In this document: piece after piece, positions 20,421 through 31,481 of the stretch
Layout: each line of letters begins with the position of its first letter
Numbering within the stretch: position 1 is the first letter of the stretch
Origin: a virus
IMG/VR virus record: IMGVR_UViG_3300032093_000068
Coordinates: 21,547-85,546 of that record
Length of the DNA stretch: 64,000 nt
Strand: one strand, 5' to 3'
Translations under genes and position numbers: made by a program
Notes under the pieces: generated by a model
What the model saw: the letters and a program-made list of their open reading frames with translations, nothing else
Database searches by the model: none
What the model was told of the DNA's origin: nothing

Positions 20421-22307
20421 TTAAACAAATTTACTAGCCCATTGTTTTGGAAGAGTTGGTCCTGCCGCATTAATAAGTGGAGGAATTACTATTTCATTCT
20501 TACCGTTTGCCCATAATTCATTAGCTTGCCCTTTTAATTCGGCGTAATTAGCGACAAGTCCTAAATTAGGGCTACCATCTGGTAATGGACCTGTTGGTAA
20601 TCCCAATTTTTGTAATTCAGAAATACTATTGACAAATGCTCTTTCTACTGAATAACCTGGCAATAACGGCGCCGCAAATAACAAAGGGGCCGGAATTAAA
20701 TTACCTCCAATACCGGGTAATTTAAGTAAAGCAAGTATTTGATCTAAAATATTTTTACACTGTCTCCAGTCTTGTATTATTTTAATTATCTGAATTAAAA
20801 TAGCCACCAAATTCAAAATCATCGCATATTTCTTTAAAGATTTTTCTCTTGATAAATCAGATGCAATACTTCTTATTAAAGTAACAATTTCTCTTTTGAC
20901 TATTTTGAATAATTCTCTTATAAATAAACCTCCAATTTTTGAAACAATACCAACAAAAAAACCTTTATATTTTTTGGTAAATTCTTCCATTGAATTAATA
21001 TCTACTTCTGCTTGTAATGATTTTAACATTATCATAAATCCTAAAAATATTTTAGGTCCAAATATTGAAGTTATTAATGATATTGGGAGTTTAAATATTG
21101 CAGAAAAATCGAAACTTAATTTGAAAGAAGCGTTAAGTTGTAATCCAAATCCTGAATTTTCTGTAAATGTGTTTGTTATATTATCAAACGCCGAAATTAA
21201 TTCATTATCATTATCCTCATCTATAAAATTTAATTGATCTATGGCTTCTACGATTTGTAATGAATTCACAGGAAATTTAACATTATCACAACCTTCAAAT
21301 TCAACCGCTCTATTTTGTATATTATATACTTCTTGATCAATCGCTAATAAATCAACCTCATTAAATTCAAAAAAATCATCATCTAAATTGTCTAATTCAC
21401 CTGTTTTGGCAACACCGCTAACATCAATTTCGTTTCTCGTGTCAAAACATAAACCAAGAACTCTAGCCATTATTCTTCCGAATTTAGAATTATCTTTTGT
21501 ACCATTAACACCTAAATTTAATTCTGCCGAAATACAACCCGTTATTGCGTTCATAAGTTCGGAAATTACCACATTAAATTCAACAAAAGACATTCTTTTG
21601 TAATAATCTCTTAAAAAAAAAACAATTTTATTTGGTGCGTTTTGTCTATTGAACAAAACTACTTTGAAAAAGTCGCCTGGTTGTCCTTGGTCGTCTTGCT
21701 GTTCGTAAGATATGTCAAATAAATCTTGACCTGAGGCTCCTTTAAATTTATAAGGAAGTCCTTGATCAAGTATTCTTTGACGTAATTGACGGTTCATTGG
21801 ATATTTAAAATCACCAGTGTTAAGGTTTTTTTGTCTTTCGTATTTTGTTTTTCCTACTTTTGATTCGGGATCTATTTTAAGGTTACCTTTAAAATCTACG
21901 TTTTTTACCTTAATGTATAGTGTTCGATTGCCGTCATATGTTTGTTGTTGTGAGCAACCAAGTAATTTAACTATTTCATCAACGACTATTTGTTCAATAT
22001 CTGGTTTTATTGTTTTGATTGATTTTAATAAAACTCCTTTTAAGTATTTTGTTGAAGATAAACCGCTACCCCTATTCGATAAAATAAGTTTTATTAATTG
22101 TTGGAATTGACCCTCAACTTCTTTTTGCAATCTGTTTTTTTGATCTTCAATACTTTTTAAACCGTTTGCGATGCCACTATTAGCAGGTTCCGTTGAGCTA
22201 TTCGCTTTTGCGGACAAGGATTTTATGTCTCCTTTTATTTGGCGAAATGTTTTTAAACTGGATATTTGTGTTTGCGCGTCGCCATAACCTTTTGCTAAAT
22301 CTGCCAT
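20421..22307 (-). CDS. Hypothetical protein (tail/baseplate region)
   Basis: 628-aa ORF with hydrophobic helices near the C-terminus. Confidence 0.6.
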   Translation of the reverse strand: MADLAKGYGDAQTQISSLKTFRQIKGDIKSLSAKANSSTEPANSGIANGLKSIEDQKNRLQKEVEGQFQQLIKLILSNRGSGLSSTKYLKGVLLKSIKTIKPDIEQIVVDEIVKLLGCSQQQTYDGNRTLYIKVKNVDFKGNLKIDPESKVGKTKYERQKNLNTGDFKYPMNRQLRQRILDQGLPYKFKGASGQDLFDISYEQQDDQGQPGDFFKVVLFNRQNAPNKIVFFLRDYYKRMSFVEFNVVISELMNAITGCISAELNLGVNGTKDNSKFGRIMARVLGLCFDTRNEIDVSGVAKTGELDNLDDDFFEFNEVDLLAIDQEVYNIQNRAVEFEGCDNVKFPVNSLQIVEAIDQLNFIDEDNDNELISAFDNITNTFTENSGFGLQLNASFKLSFDFSAIFKLPISLITSIFGPKIFLGFMIMLKSLQAEVDINSMEEFTKKYKGFFVGIVSKIGGLFIRELFKIVKREIVTLIRSIASDLSREKSLKKYAMILNLVAILIQIIKIIQDWRQCKNILDQILALLKLPGIGGNLIPAPLLFAAPLLPGYSVERAFVNSISELQKLGLPTGPLPDGSPNLGLVANYAELKGQANELWANGKNEIVIPPLINAAGPTLPKQWASKFV

Positions 22308-22308
22308 T

Positions 22309-22671
22309 TTACTTTAATTTAAATGTTTTGTTAGATTCAATATCCTTTTTTATCAAATTATCAATTAGGTCATCATCCATATCTGATATTGAGAAACTTT
22401 CTTCATTATTTGAAGATTTTTCCCAAATGGATGATTGCAACTTTGAAAGTTGAAGTTTTTTTTCTACACAGTCGTTGATGATTTTTTGTTGTTTTTCAAT
22501 TACAGGACCGATCAGAGTCATATCTTCAGGATCTTTCATCATTGACAACATCTTATTTTGAATTCTTAATGCTGTACTTCTTTGTTCAACAAGTTCGTTA
22601 TAGATTTCTTGCATTAACGAGAGCATTGACTCTTTAGTTAATTCTATTTTCTTTTTTTGAGGTCTAGACAT
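22309..22671 (-). CDS. Hypothetical helical protein
   Basis: 120-aa ORF. Confidence 0.65.
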   Translation of the reverse strand: MSRPQKKKIELTKESMLSLMQEIYNELVEQRSTALRIQNKMLSMMKDPEDMTLIGPVIEKQQKIINDCVEKKLQLSKLQSSIWEKSSNNEESFSISDMDDDLIDNLIKKDIESNKTFKLK

Positions 22672-22684
22672 ATTTATAAATATC

Positions 22685-23428
22685 CTATTTAACTATATTT
22701 TGCAACAAATCGTTGTAAGCCTTTTTATATTTTTTAAGACAAATTCTTATTTCTTTTGTTGATAAATTTGTCATTTCTCTAAGTGAGAGTAAAATAACAT
22801 TCTTATTAAATTTATTATTATCTGAACTAATAAAGATATTGTTGTAGTTTATGAATATTTCATATAATGATTCACCCAACTTTTTTTCGTTGTCTGTTAA
22901 ATTATTTTCTTGTAAGATTTCATATAACTTATCTAAAAAACCGTTTATAATATCCTCGATTTCTATGGTATCTGAATCAAGATAATAAATTAAATCCTCC
23001 CTTGCTTCATTTTCTAAATCACTTGAAATGTCTTCATATGATATTTTTCGGTTCATATCCTTTTGGTCTTTTATAATTTGACCCATAAGATAATTTTTAC
23101 ATATTGTTCCGAAATACGAATACGCCTTTTTTTCTTTTGATGGTTTAAATTTTTCAATTTTTGTCATCAAAAAAGAATGGGTATCCGCATGAATTTCATT
23201 AAAATCCATATCTTTTCTGTATAATTTATATCGTCTTATAATTGACGATATCATTTTGTCCAAAGGTTTTCTCAAAGATTGGTTATAAATTTTGTTTTTT
23301 TCTTCAAATGTTGAAGCTGACAAATATAACCTTACAGCGGATTCTTCTTTTTCGTCAAAATAGTTATCAGAATTTTTCTTTTTGGATTTTCTTTTTGTTT
23401 CATTGACCGTGTCTGCACTTAACGTCAT
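22685..23428 (-). CDS. Phage sigma factor for late transcription (T4 gp55-like)
   Basis: KIEKFKPSKEKKAYSYFGTICKNYL resembles sigma region 2 of gp55-type factors; possible C-terminal HTH. Confidence 0.65.
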   Translation of the reverse strand: MTLSADTVNETKRKSKKKNSDNYFDEKEESAVRLYLSASTFEEKNKIYNQSLRKPLDKMISSIIRRYKLYRKDMDFNEIHADTHSFLMTKIEKFKPSKEKKAYSYFGTICKNYLMGQIIKDQKDMNRKISYEDISSDLENEAREDLIYYLDSDTIEIEDIINGFLDKLYEILQENNLTDNEKKLGESLYEIFINYNNIFISSDNNKFNKNVILLSLREMTNLSTKEIRICLKKYKKAYNDLLQNIVK

Positions 23429-24234
23429 TAAACAGTTTGTGGTTCATATTTTATTTGTCTATCAACAGTGAATAAATATTCTTTCTTTGCCGAATCAATC
23501 CAAAATTTGATTTCATCGGGAACCATTACTTCAGTTCCATTTTTATAATTCCAAAAAATTGATCCTTCTCTGAGATTAACATGTTTATATCCGATTTTCG
23601 GAATAGACATAATCTTTATTGAATTATGTGTCATTCTTAACATAAATTCATAAACAAATGTCAATTTGAATGATGGTTTAAATTTGCCATATCTTTCAAA
23701 TACAGATTTTTTAATTACCATACCTGATGATTGAAAGTTTTGATAATTCTGTAGAATTTCATTATTTAAAATTCCAATATCTGATGTAAAGTTTGTGGCA
23801 AATGTCGCTTCGTTTGTAAATCCGGCAAATACACCTTTGTTATCGATGTCAACAACAATTGGTAAAAATGCGTCAACATCTTTATATGCGTTAACATATA
23901 CTGCGACATTTTTGAACCATATACTTGAATACTCATCATCAAATTCAAAAAATGATACCCACTCTGAACTAGAATTCTCAACTCCAAAATTTATTTGAGC
24001 AGCATAATTTGGTTCATTAGTCCATACAAGTTTTTTAACATTAATTTCACCAAAATCATATCCTTCAATTGCGCTGACCAAAGTATCCTCGTCTGTATGA
24101 ACTATGATAAGTTCGTTAAATGGTAATTTTTGTGTTTTTAAAGATGTAATCGCTTTGTCAAAAAGTTCGGAAAAATCTTTAACTCTTGCAGATTTGATCG
24201 GCAATATAACCGATAAATTTAATTTTTGATCCAT
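23428..24234 (-). CDS. Glycosyltransferase family 2-like
   Basis: LSVILPI, ELIIV, NFGVENSSSEWVSFFEFDD. Confidence 0.8.
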   Translation of the reverse strand: MDQKLNLSVILPIKSARVKDFSELFDKAITSLKTQKLPFNELIIVHTDEDTLVSAIEGYDFGEINVKKLVWTNEPNYAAQINFGVENSSSEWVSFFEFDDEYSSIWFKNVAVYVNAYKDVDAFLPIVVDIDNKGVFAGFTNEATFATNFTSDIGILNNEILQNYQNFQSSGMVIKKSVFERYGKFKPSFKLTFVYEFMLRMTHNSIKIMSIPKIGYKHVNLREGSIFWNYKNGTEVMVPDEIKFWIDSAKKEYLFTVDRQIKYEPQTV

Positions 24235-24237
24235 ATT

Positions 24238-25296
24238 TTAAGTCGTTTCAATTTTAGTTAATTGTTCTTGGAATGGTTCCAATCTTGTTTGAATATATTT
24301 TGAGAATAATTCTATAATATCGTTTTCGTATTTTGCATAATCTGAATATTTGCTTGCAGTTTTTTCAATGTTCTGATAAAGCTCCTCACTTATATTATCT
24401 TCAAGCCAGTTATGCAAAAAGTCAGAAACAAAATCAACAATTTGATTATGGTCTCTGAGCCAAACTCCGTTATCTTCATTCATCCATTCAGGAAATAAGT
24501 TTGGTATTTTACCGATAACAGGAATTCCAACTTTCATAGATTCAAGTGGAAATGTTCCAAATCCACTTGTCGGGTCAATCCATACAGATAAAAAGCAGTC
24601 CTTCAAAGCACTTGCAAATTCTTTCTCAGATAGACCTCTCATATCTCGAAACGTTACCCAACGATATTGGGGGTATTTTAAATAAAAAGTTTTAATGAGG
24701 GTCATAGTATCACGCTGATCTCTTGTGTGAATTGCAATTATTGGTTTTGCCGGCAATTCTTGTTTTACGAAAACATCAGAAATAACAGGAGATAAAATAT
24801 CAAAAGATATTCCTTTCATAATTGATGAAACATATTGCTTTTGATCCTCGGATGTTGTAATACATTTTGTAAAACCAAATTGAGACCAAGTTTGACCTGG
24901 CTGCAAAGTTTCCAAAACGTGGTCATAAGCTTGACATAAAACAATTTTTGCGCAAGGCAAATTTGTTAACTGAGGCATCACAAAGCCATATAATTCAGGA
25001 ATTATAATAAAATCTTCGGGTGATACTTCCAAATTTTGACCTTCAATCGCTCGGTGGGGAAGTTCTTCCATAAATTCGTTACCTAACCAATTAGCCACGC
25101 CAGAATAATCAGGTTTCTCATGCAAAATAATAGGATTAAATCCGTTATTTTTTAATGTATAGGCTATTCTATAAATGTTTGCAATAGAAGCCCTCGCATT
25201 TCCTTTGGTGTCTTGCACCATAAAATAAATCCTTGCCGATTTATTTTTCAAGTTCTCAATGGATTTTTCTAATTTTTGAATTTGTTCTTGAGTCAT
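24238..25296 (-). CDS. GT-B fold glycosyltransferase
   Basis: IIIPE and SGFGTFPLESMKVGIPVIG (GT4-like donor-binding motif). Confidence 0.7.
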   Translation of the reverse strand: MTQEQIQKLEKSIENLKNKSARIYFMVQDTKGNARASIANIYRIAYTLKNNGFNPIILHEKPDYSGVANWLGNEFMEELPHRAIEGQNLEVSPEDFIIIPELYGFVMPQLTNLPCAKIVLCQAYDHVLETLQPGQTWSQFGFTKCITTSEDQKQYVSSIMKGISFDILSPVISDVFVKQELPAKPIIAIHTRDQRDTMTLIKTFYLKYPQYRWVTFRDMRGLSEKEFASALKDCFLSVWIDPTSGFGTFPLESMKVGIPVIGKIPNLFPEWMNEDNGVWLRDHNQIVDFVSDFLHNWLEDNISEELYQNIEKTASKYSDYAKYENDIIELFSKYIQTRLEPFQEQLTKIETT

Positions 25297-25298
25297 GT

Positions 25299-25562
25299 TT
25301 AATATTTATTTATTAGTTTTTTATTCAATAGCGAATTAAACGCCAATTTAAAAGGTATTGTAAGACCATTTCCTCCTTTTAAACCCAATGATTCATCAAT
25401 TTCTTCATCTTCGGTCATCAAAACTTCCAACATCATTTTAACCGATTCATATTTTATAACATTGATATGAACATCGGAATCTCCACTTGATGAGGTTATA
25501 TTGATGTACTTTTCAACCTGATCAATGTCAATGTAATAATTTTCATTAAAAATTTTAAACAT
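25299..25562 (-). CDS. Hypothetical protein
   Basis: 87-aa ORF within operon. Confidence 0.65.
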   Translation of the reverse strand: MFKIFNENYYIDIDQVEKYINITSSSGDSDVHINVIKYESVKMMLEVLMTEDEEIDESLGLKGGNGLTIPFKLAFNSLLNKKLINKY

Positions 25563-25566
25563 ATTA

Positions 25567-26229
25567 TTATTGTTTTAAAATTTCTTCCAATATAGGGTCA
25601 AACTCTTTTAAAGTACTTATTGTATATTGTGAAGAAATGTGTTTATTATAGTTTGTTTCGTACTTTATTACAATTTTATTTTTAGGATAATTTAATAATA
25701 AGTCAGGATTTGCTGTAAGTAAAATATCAATTTCATTCCACATAGAATTAAGTGTTGTTTGAGAATAAAATTTTATTTTTTCTATCTGACAACCAAATTT
25801 TGATATAAAAAAAAGTGATGCGGGTTTTGATTTTCCTATTTCATCTGAAACAATCATTATCTCATTATCTTTTCTATATTTAAAATATATGTCTTGCAAA
25901 TCGTGGAATGTTGAATATTCTGAAGATGATGCGTGTCCAAAAATTGACATCGCGTGCTCTTCATACATAAATTCATAAAGATTTTCGTTTGATGGAAAAG
26001 AGAAATGGTCAAGCAAATTAAGTGACGTTACATCACTTTTGATTTCATATTTGAAATCATTTGAAATAATATCATCTGTAATTTCATCAAAATTATCTCC
26101 ATCAGAGTTTGATTCATAAAGTTTTTGTGGTGTGAGTTCGGCCTGCTCAACCATAAGTTTTTCATAAACTTGTTTGAACTTTCCTACCGTATCTCTTAAA
26201 ACTCCGTTTAATTCAATTGCAATTCTCAT
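25567..26229 (-). CDS. 5'(3')-nucleotidase-like HAD-fold protein with degenerate motif I
   Basis: MRIAIELNGVLRD versus canonical IxxDxDGVLxD. Confidence 0.55.
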   Translation of the reverse strand: MRIAIELNGVLRDTVGKFKQVYEKLMVEQAELTPQKLYESNSDGDNFDEITDDIISNDFKYEIKSDVTSLNLLDHFSFPSNENLYEFMYEEHAMSIFGHASSSEYSTFHDLQDIYFKYRKDNEIMIVSDEIGKSKPASLFFISKFGCQIEKIKFYSQTTLNSMWNEIDILLTANPDLLLNYPKNKIVIKYETNYNKHISSQYTISTLKEFDPILEEILKQ

Positions 26230-26954
26230 TCTTCGTATCTTTTTAGAAGTTTGCTAATTAATGGATTTCTAACAACATCTTTATCTGAAAATTCAAAAAC
26301 ACCAACATCATCAACATTTTTAAATCTTTGAAGTGCGTCCCACAGTCCTGATTGACGTTTGTCTTTATATCTATCGGTCTGCTCTAAATCTCCTGAAATG
26401 AAAAATTTTGAGTTATATCCAATACGTGTTAATAACAGTTTCATTTGGTTTGGAGTTGCGTTTTGCGCCTCCTCAAAAATCAAAATTGTATTATCTATGT
26501 TCATTCCTCGCATGTAGGCTAAAGCGAATACCTCAATAATTTCAGCTTCTTTTAATTTTTCTCTCGCTTCTTTACCTACTATTTTATTAAGTAAGTAATA
26601 GGAGGGAAAGATATATGGGTCAAGTTTCTCTTCGACATTGCCAGGAAGCGAGCCTAGTTTTTCTTCAGCTTCAACCGCCGGTCTTACAATTACAAGTTTT
26701 TCATATGAATTATTTGAATCTAAAAGTAGATCAACGGCAGCCTTCATAGAAATATAACTTTTTCCAACACCAGCTGGACCTGAACATAAAACAATTTGGT
26801 TATTAGTTAATAACTCATAATATTCTTTTTGACTTTCTGTCAAAAATTTATTTCTTATTTTTTTTGTTACTAAGGAATTTATATATTCCTTTTTTGATAG
26901 TTTTCTATCTACCTGTTCAGGTTTTGGCGAATTCTGCTTTTTTCTTTGAGTCAT
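26226..26954 (-). CDS. phoH: PhoH family ATPase
   Basis: GPAGVGKS, RPAVEAEEKLGSLPG, YMRG, EEAQN, GDLEQTD, DVVRNPL. Confidence 0.93.
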   Translation of the reverse strand: MTQRKKQNSPKPEQVDRKLSKKEYINSLVTKKIRNKFLTESQKEYYELLTNNQIVLCSGPAGVGKSYISMKAAVDLLLDSNNSYEKLVIVRPAVEAEEKLGSLPGNVEEKLDPYIFPSYYLLNKIVGKEAREKLKEAEIIEVFALAYMRGMNIDNTILIFEEAQNATPNQMKLLLTRIGYNSKFFISGDLEQTDRYKDKRQSGLWDALQRFKNVDDVGVFEFSDKDVVRNPLISKLLKRYEE

Positions 26955-27984
26955 TTTTATTTACATTACTATTAATCCATTGATACGTTTTTTCCAATCC
27001 ATAGATCAATGGTTGTGAAACCGACCAACCTATTTTTTCTTTATATAATTTATTATCAGAATTTCTGCCTTTAACCCCAACAGGGCATTTAAATCCGTAT
27101 TTTTGTATAAATTCATCTCCTGATATATTACTTATTTTAATATTTTTTCCTGAAATATCAATAGCCATTTGAGCCAATTGATTTATAGTGACCATTTCTT
27201 CGGAACCTATGTTCACAGGACCTTTAAAATCACTATTCATTAACCTTAATACCGATTCAACACACTCGTCAATATATAAAAATGACCTTGTTTGTAACCC
27301 ATCACCCCAAACTTCTATTTCACCACCATCAGGTGTTTCAGAAACTTTTCTACACATAGCGGCTGGCGCTTTTTCTTTACCTCCGGTCCAAGTCCCATAA
27401 GGTCCAAAAATGTTATGAAATCTGGCCACTATTACATCTAACCCATAGTTTCTATTAAATGCGAAATACAGTCTTTCACTAAAAAGTTTTTCCCAACCAT
27501 ATTCAGAATCAGGGTTTGCAGGATAAGCGGATGATTCCTCACAATTTGGATTGTTGGGATCTAATTGATTATGTTCAGGATACATACAAGCGGATGATGA
27601 ATAGAATATTTTCTTAACATTCATCATAGTTGCATAATACGAAACATTTAAATTGATGAGTGCGGAATTGTGCATCACATCGGCGTCGTTTTCTCCTGTA
27701 AAAATATAACCAGCACCTCCCATATCTGCAGCTAATTGATATACTTCATCAAAACTATTTTTTTTATCATCTGGTGACTTTTGATTTGGACCGAACATTA
27801 TGTTACTAACAAAATTGGGGTCTTTCAAATCTCCTACTATGAATTGAGTGCAGAATTCATTCTCACTAAAATATTCATGTTTTTTTATATCAACAACTCT
27901 GACGAAGTTTCCCTCGATAAATAATTTTTTTGCTAAATGACCTCCAATGAATCCACCCCCACCAAGTATTAGTATGTTTTTCAT
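26917..27984 (-). CDS. NAD-dependent epimerase, GDP-mannose 3',5'-epimerase-like
   Basis: GGGGFIG, QLAADMGG, YSSSACMYP, YGWEK, EKAPAAMCRK, WGDGLQTRSF. Confidence 0.85.
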   Translation of the reverse strand: MKNILILGGGGFIGGHLAKKLFIEGNFVRVVDIKKHEYFSENEFCTQFIVGDLKDPNFVSNIMFGPNQKSPDDKKNSFDEVYQLAADMGGAGYIFTGENDADVMHNSALINLNVSYYATMMNVKKIFYSSSACMYPEHNQLDPNNPNCEESSAYPANPDSEYGWEKLFSERLYFAFNRNYGLDVIVARFHNIFGPYGTWTGGKEKAPAAMCRKVSETPDGGEIEVWGDGLQTRSFLYIDECVESVLRLMNSDFKGPVNIGSEEMVTINQLAQMAIDISGKNIKISNISGDEFIQKYGFKCPVGVKGRNSDNKLYKEKIGWSVSQPLIYGLEKTYQWINSNVNKNDSKKKAEFAKT

Positions 27985-27993
27985 AATCTTTAT

Positions 27994-28605
27994 TTAATTT
28001 TTATTTTTTGGGTAGATATAAATTAACCCAGAATCAACACAATCAATTTCAGACGTGTAGTGATATTCATATTCATTATTATATATAATATCTAATTTAT
28101 TTTTTATATAGTCAATATTCAGAATTACATCTCCATAAACATCATAACCAAATTTTGACCCTGACCCGTCATAAACTATTTTATACCCATTGTTAGACTT
28201 TATTTTATTACCGTAAGGTACAAAAAAGTCATGAATAATTATTAAAGGATTATTGGTAAATTTTGCAATAATTTCTAGTTCTTTTAATAGTGGAAGATCA
28301 TTCCAATGAGCATCCAAAAAAAACATAGAATTTTCTTCACCATCAGAAATGATTTCGGGTAACTTAATCCTGCTATCACCTAAATGTAGGTTTACATTTT
28401 CAAAATTTTTTAATTTATCTTTAGCAAGATTATAAAAATTTAAATTGATTTCTATAGTTTCAATTTGTAAACCCAATTCTATCAATTTTAGTGTTGACCA
28501 CCCTTTGTATGTTCCAGTCTCATAAATTTTAGTAACTCCGAATCTATTTACCAATCTTGATAATTCTTGGAATGCAAATTTATCATCTAACGCACCGTAT
28601 TCCAT
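27994..28605 (-). CDS. Class I SAM-dependent methyltransferase-like protein
   Basis: ETGTYKG, TIE, GDS, FFLDAH, IIHD. Confidence 0.7.
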   Translation of the reverse strand: MEYGALDDKFAFQELSRLVNRFGVTKIYETGTYKGWSTLKLIELGLQIETIEINLNFYNLAKDKLKNFENVNLHLGDSRIKLPEIISDGEENSMFFLDAHWNDLPLLKELEIIAKFTNNPLIIIHDFFVPYGNKIKSNNGYKIVYDGSGSKFGYDVYGDVILNIDYIKNKLDIIYNNEYEYHYTSEIDCVDSGLIYIYPKNKN

Positions 28606-28606
28606 A

Positions 28607-29155
28607 CTAGAAAATTTTAGAACCTAGGTAGATTACTAATCTATCGTCTTTAATGACTTTTTGTATAACTCTATCCTTTAATGTTGATATTACTTTTTCC
28701 TCGGTTATATCAGTCCAATCCTCATTTAAATTAGTTCCAAATAATCTAAAATCATCAATAATAATTATTGATTCGTATAAGAAATAATCATAAATCGATT
28801 TCAGTTCCTCAATTAATGGGCAGTCTTTGTCTCCTTGAGCGGTATCTCCACTCGAATAATGACCGTCTAAAAAGAATATAGTTCGATTATGGATTTTTTT
28901 TATTATTTCAGGTAATACTTGACTACTATCTCCTAAATAAAGATTTATGTTTTTATCATTAATAAATTTGTTTTTTGCTCTGAGGTAAAATGATTCACTC
29001 AATTCGATTGTATGAATTTCATTAAATGATTTTGACATATTTATTACAGTGTTACCGTAATGGGTTCCGGTTTCTACGAATACCTTAAAAATTTTATCAT
29101 CAAAAGGTGATTGTTGTATAAAATATTCAACTTCAATGTATTTTATGCTGGGCAT
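28607..29155 (-). CDS. Class I SAM-dependent methyltransferase-like protein (paralog of neighbour)
   Basis: ETGTHYG, TIE, GDS, FFLDGH, IIDD. Confidence 0.7.
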   Translation of the reverse strand: MPSIKYIEVEYFIQQSPFDDKIFKVFVETGTHYGNTVINMSKSFNEIHTIELSESFYLRAKNKFINDKNINLYLGDSSQVLPEIIKKIHNRTIFFLDGHYSSGDTAQGDKDCPLIEELKSIYDYFLYESIIIIDDFRLFGTNLNEDWTDITEEKVISTLKDRVIQKVIKDDRLVIYLGSKIF

Positions 29156-29166
29156 GTTTTAATTTT

Positions 29167-30381
29167 TTATTTTTTTATGTCTACCAACCAAGGGTTGATA
29201 ACTATTTTATTTTTTAAATCTTTTTCTTTAAAATCTTTAGTAATATGAGTTATGACAATAACATCAGAATGTTCGATAAATAATTCTAATTTATTAGAAT
29301 ATTTGGAGGTAATTAATTTATCATAAAAAATTACATCGTACTTTTCACTTAAAAGACGTTCGTAGAGTATATTACCTGGAGATTCTGTAGTAACATATGT
29401 ATCTGGTTTGAACGACAATCCATAAATACCTATTTTTTTATCTTTATATTGTTTTATTTTATCATATAATAATAGGTTTTGGTCTTCGTTTATTTTTTGA
29501 GTAGATTTGATATGTATTGCGTCTAATCCCACATTTTCTGACATTTTAATGAATGCCCAAGTATCTCTTGGGAAGCAAGTACCTCCAAAAGATAAACCAC
29601 TACTTAAATAAAATGGGGATATTCGTTTATCATAACCCAATGCTTTAGTTATGTTTTTAGGATTGCAATTAAATTTTTCAGATAGATTACCGATAAAATT
29701 AGCAAAACTAATTTTCATAGTTACATACGCATTTAAACTAACCTTTGTGATTTCGCTTTCAATTAACGACATCCTAACAATAGGTGAGTTATTTTTAATT
29801 ATTTTTCGGTACAAATTTTCTGCAATATCCCCATATTTTTTATTTGATTCGCCTAATATTTGTAAATCAGGATTCTCAAAATCACTAATTACAGTTCCAA
29901 TCGCAACCAAATCCGGAGCATAAACAAAACCAAAATCAACATTTATTTTTTTACCTGAAACATCCTCAACCCTTTTTATTAAATTGTCATGACTACCAGG
30001 CATCACTGTGGAACTTAAAATAATTAAAAAATCTTTTTTATCTGAATTTTTTAAATTTTTTGAAATATTATCTAAAACATCATGGATGAAGTTGTTTGAA
30101 AACTCGCCCGAGATGTTAGATGGTGTATTAACTAATACTATTGCGATATCAAAATCGCTTATTGAGTAATTATATGGTGTTTCAAAACTAATATTTTTAA
30201 AATATGATACTAAATACTCCTCCATTTTTGGTTCATAAAAAGGAGTTAATCCAGATTGTAATTTTTTTATTTTTTCCTCATCGGTATCTATACCAATAAC
30301 ATTAGTTTCTTTGGCTAAAACTAAACTCAGCGGTAATCCCAATTTACCCAAACCAAATAATGCAATTTTTTCTACATTCAT
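29167..30381 (-). CDS. UDP-glucose/GDP-mannose dehydrogenase family
   Basis: GLGKLG, VNTP, SSTVMPG, KISFAN, FGGTCFPRD (catalytic Cys), GLSFKPDT. Confidence 0.9.
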   Translation of the reverse strand: MNVEKIALFGLGKLGLPLSLVLAKETNVIGIDTDEEKIKKLQSGLTPFYEPKMEEYLVSYFKNISFETPYNYSISDFDIAIVLVNTPSNISGEFSNNFIHDVLDNISKNLKNSDKKDFLIILSSTVMPGSHDNLIKRVEDVSGKKINVDFGFVYAPDLVAIGTVISDFENPDLQILGESNKKYGDIAENLYRKIIKNNSPIVRMSLIESEITKVSLNAYVTMKISFANFIGNLSEKFNCNPKNITKALGYDKRISPFYLSSGLSFGGTCFPRDTWAFIKMSENVGLDAIHIKSTQKINEDQNLLLYDKIKQYKDKKIGIYGLSFKPDTYVTTESPGNILYERLLSEKYDVIFYDKLITSKYSNKLELFIEHSDVIVITHITKDFKEKDLKNKIVINPWLVDIKK

Positions 30382-31481
30382 AATTTTTCATCTATATGTT
30401 TTAATGAATTAAACACTGTGTTATTATCATCTTTATTGCCACATGCAATTCGTAAAAAAGTGTCATCTAAGTCTAGTTTATCATTTAATATCCTAGTGTA
30501 AATATTTTTTTCAAATAAAAGTTCTGAAAAAACTTTATTTATATTTTTTTTACAATCTAATATGAAGAAATTAGCGTGAGATTCATACACCTCAATATTT
30601 TTAAGTTTTTTCAAATCATTATAAAAATCTTTTCTATTATTTAGATATTTATTCCTTGCAACTTGATATTTTCTTTGGAATTCTTCGTCTGAAAATAACT
30701 CTAAAAAGAATTGGGCTAATCCGTTTATGTTCCAACAAAGGCCATATTTAGAAAATATTTTTTCATTTATCTTAGGGTCGCATACGGAATATCCCAATCT
30801 CAATCCCGCAATACCAAAATCCTTTGACAAACTCCTTATTACGATTAGGTTTTTGTTAGTATAAACATCTTTTTCAACACTATGATTTTTATCAAAAAAA
30901 TCAATAAAACTTTCATCTACAATAATTGATGTTTTATTTAATTGTTTAATAATATATTTTATATCTTCCTTTAATAAAATTGTTCCGGTTGGGTTGTTGG
31001 GGTTAACTATAATTAATACCTCAACATTATTTTTTTTACAGAATTCAACCAATTCTTTTTTATCAACATTAAAATTATTCTCCTTGTAGGTTTTAAAAAA
31101 AACTATATTTTCCATATCATACTCGTAATATGATGAAAATGTAGGGGTAATAACACATTTTTTTTTACCTTCGAATTCCCTCATTATTAATTCAATTAAT
31201 TGGATCGCCCCGTTACCTAGTAGTATGTATTCAGGATTTATATTCAAAGTTTTTGATAAAATTTCCGAAAGAATTTTATTCTGTGGTGGGTAGTATTTGA
31301 TATAATCTGTTATGTCGTGAGATTTAAAATTCTCCATAAATAATTCAAAAGCATATGGATTACATAAAAAACACGCATCAACTTCTATATTCAAGTTTAA
31401 AAATTTTTTTATTTCAAAAACTGATGGAGAATGTAAACCTGAATTGGATTTTAATTCTAAAAATTTTTCATAATTATTCAT
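30378..31481 (-). CDS. PLP-dependent class I/II aminotransferase (HisC/CobD-like)
   Basis: NPNNPTG, VDESF, RSLSKDFGIAGLRLG. Confidence 0.88.
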   Translation of the reverse strand: MNNYEKFLELKSNSGLHSPSVFEIKKFLNLNIEVDACFLCNPYAFELFMENFKSHDITDYIKYYPPQNKILSEILSKTLNINPEYILLGNGAIQLIELIMREFEGKKKCVITPTFSSYYEYDMENIVFFKTYKENNFNVDKKELVEFCKKNNVEVLIIVNPNNPTGTILLKEDIKYIIKQLNKTSIIVDESFIDFFDKNHSVEKDVYTNKNLIVIRSLSKDFGIAGLRLGYSVCDPKINEKIFSKYGLCWNINGLAQFFLELFSDEEFQRKYQVARNKYLNNRKDFYNDLKKLKNIEVYESHANFFILDCKKNINKVFSELLFEKNIYTRILNDKLDLDDTFLRIACGNKDDNNTVFNSLKHIDEKL

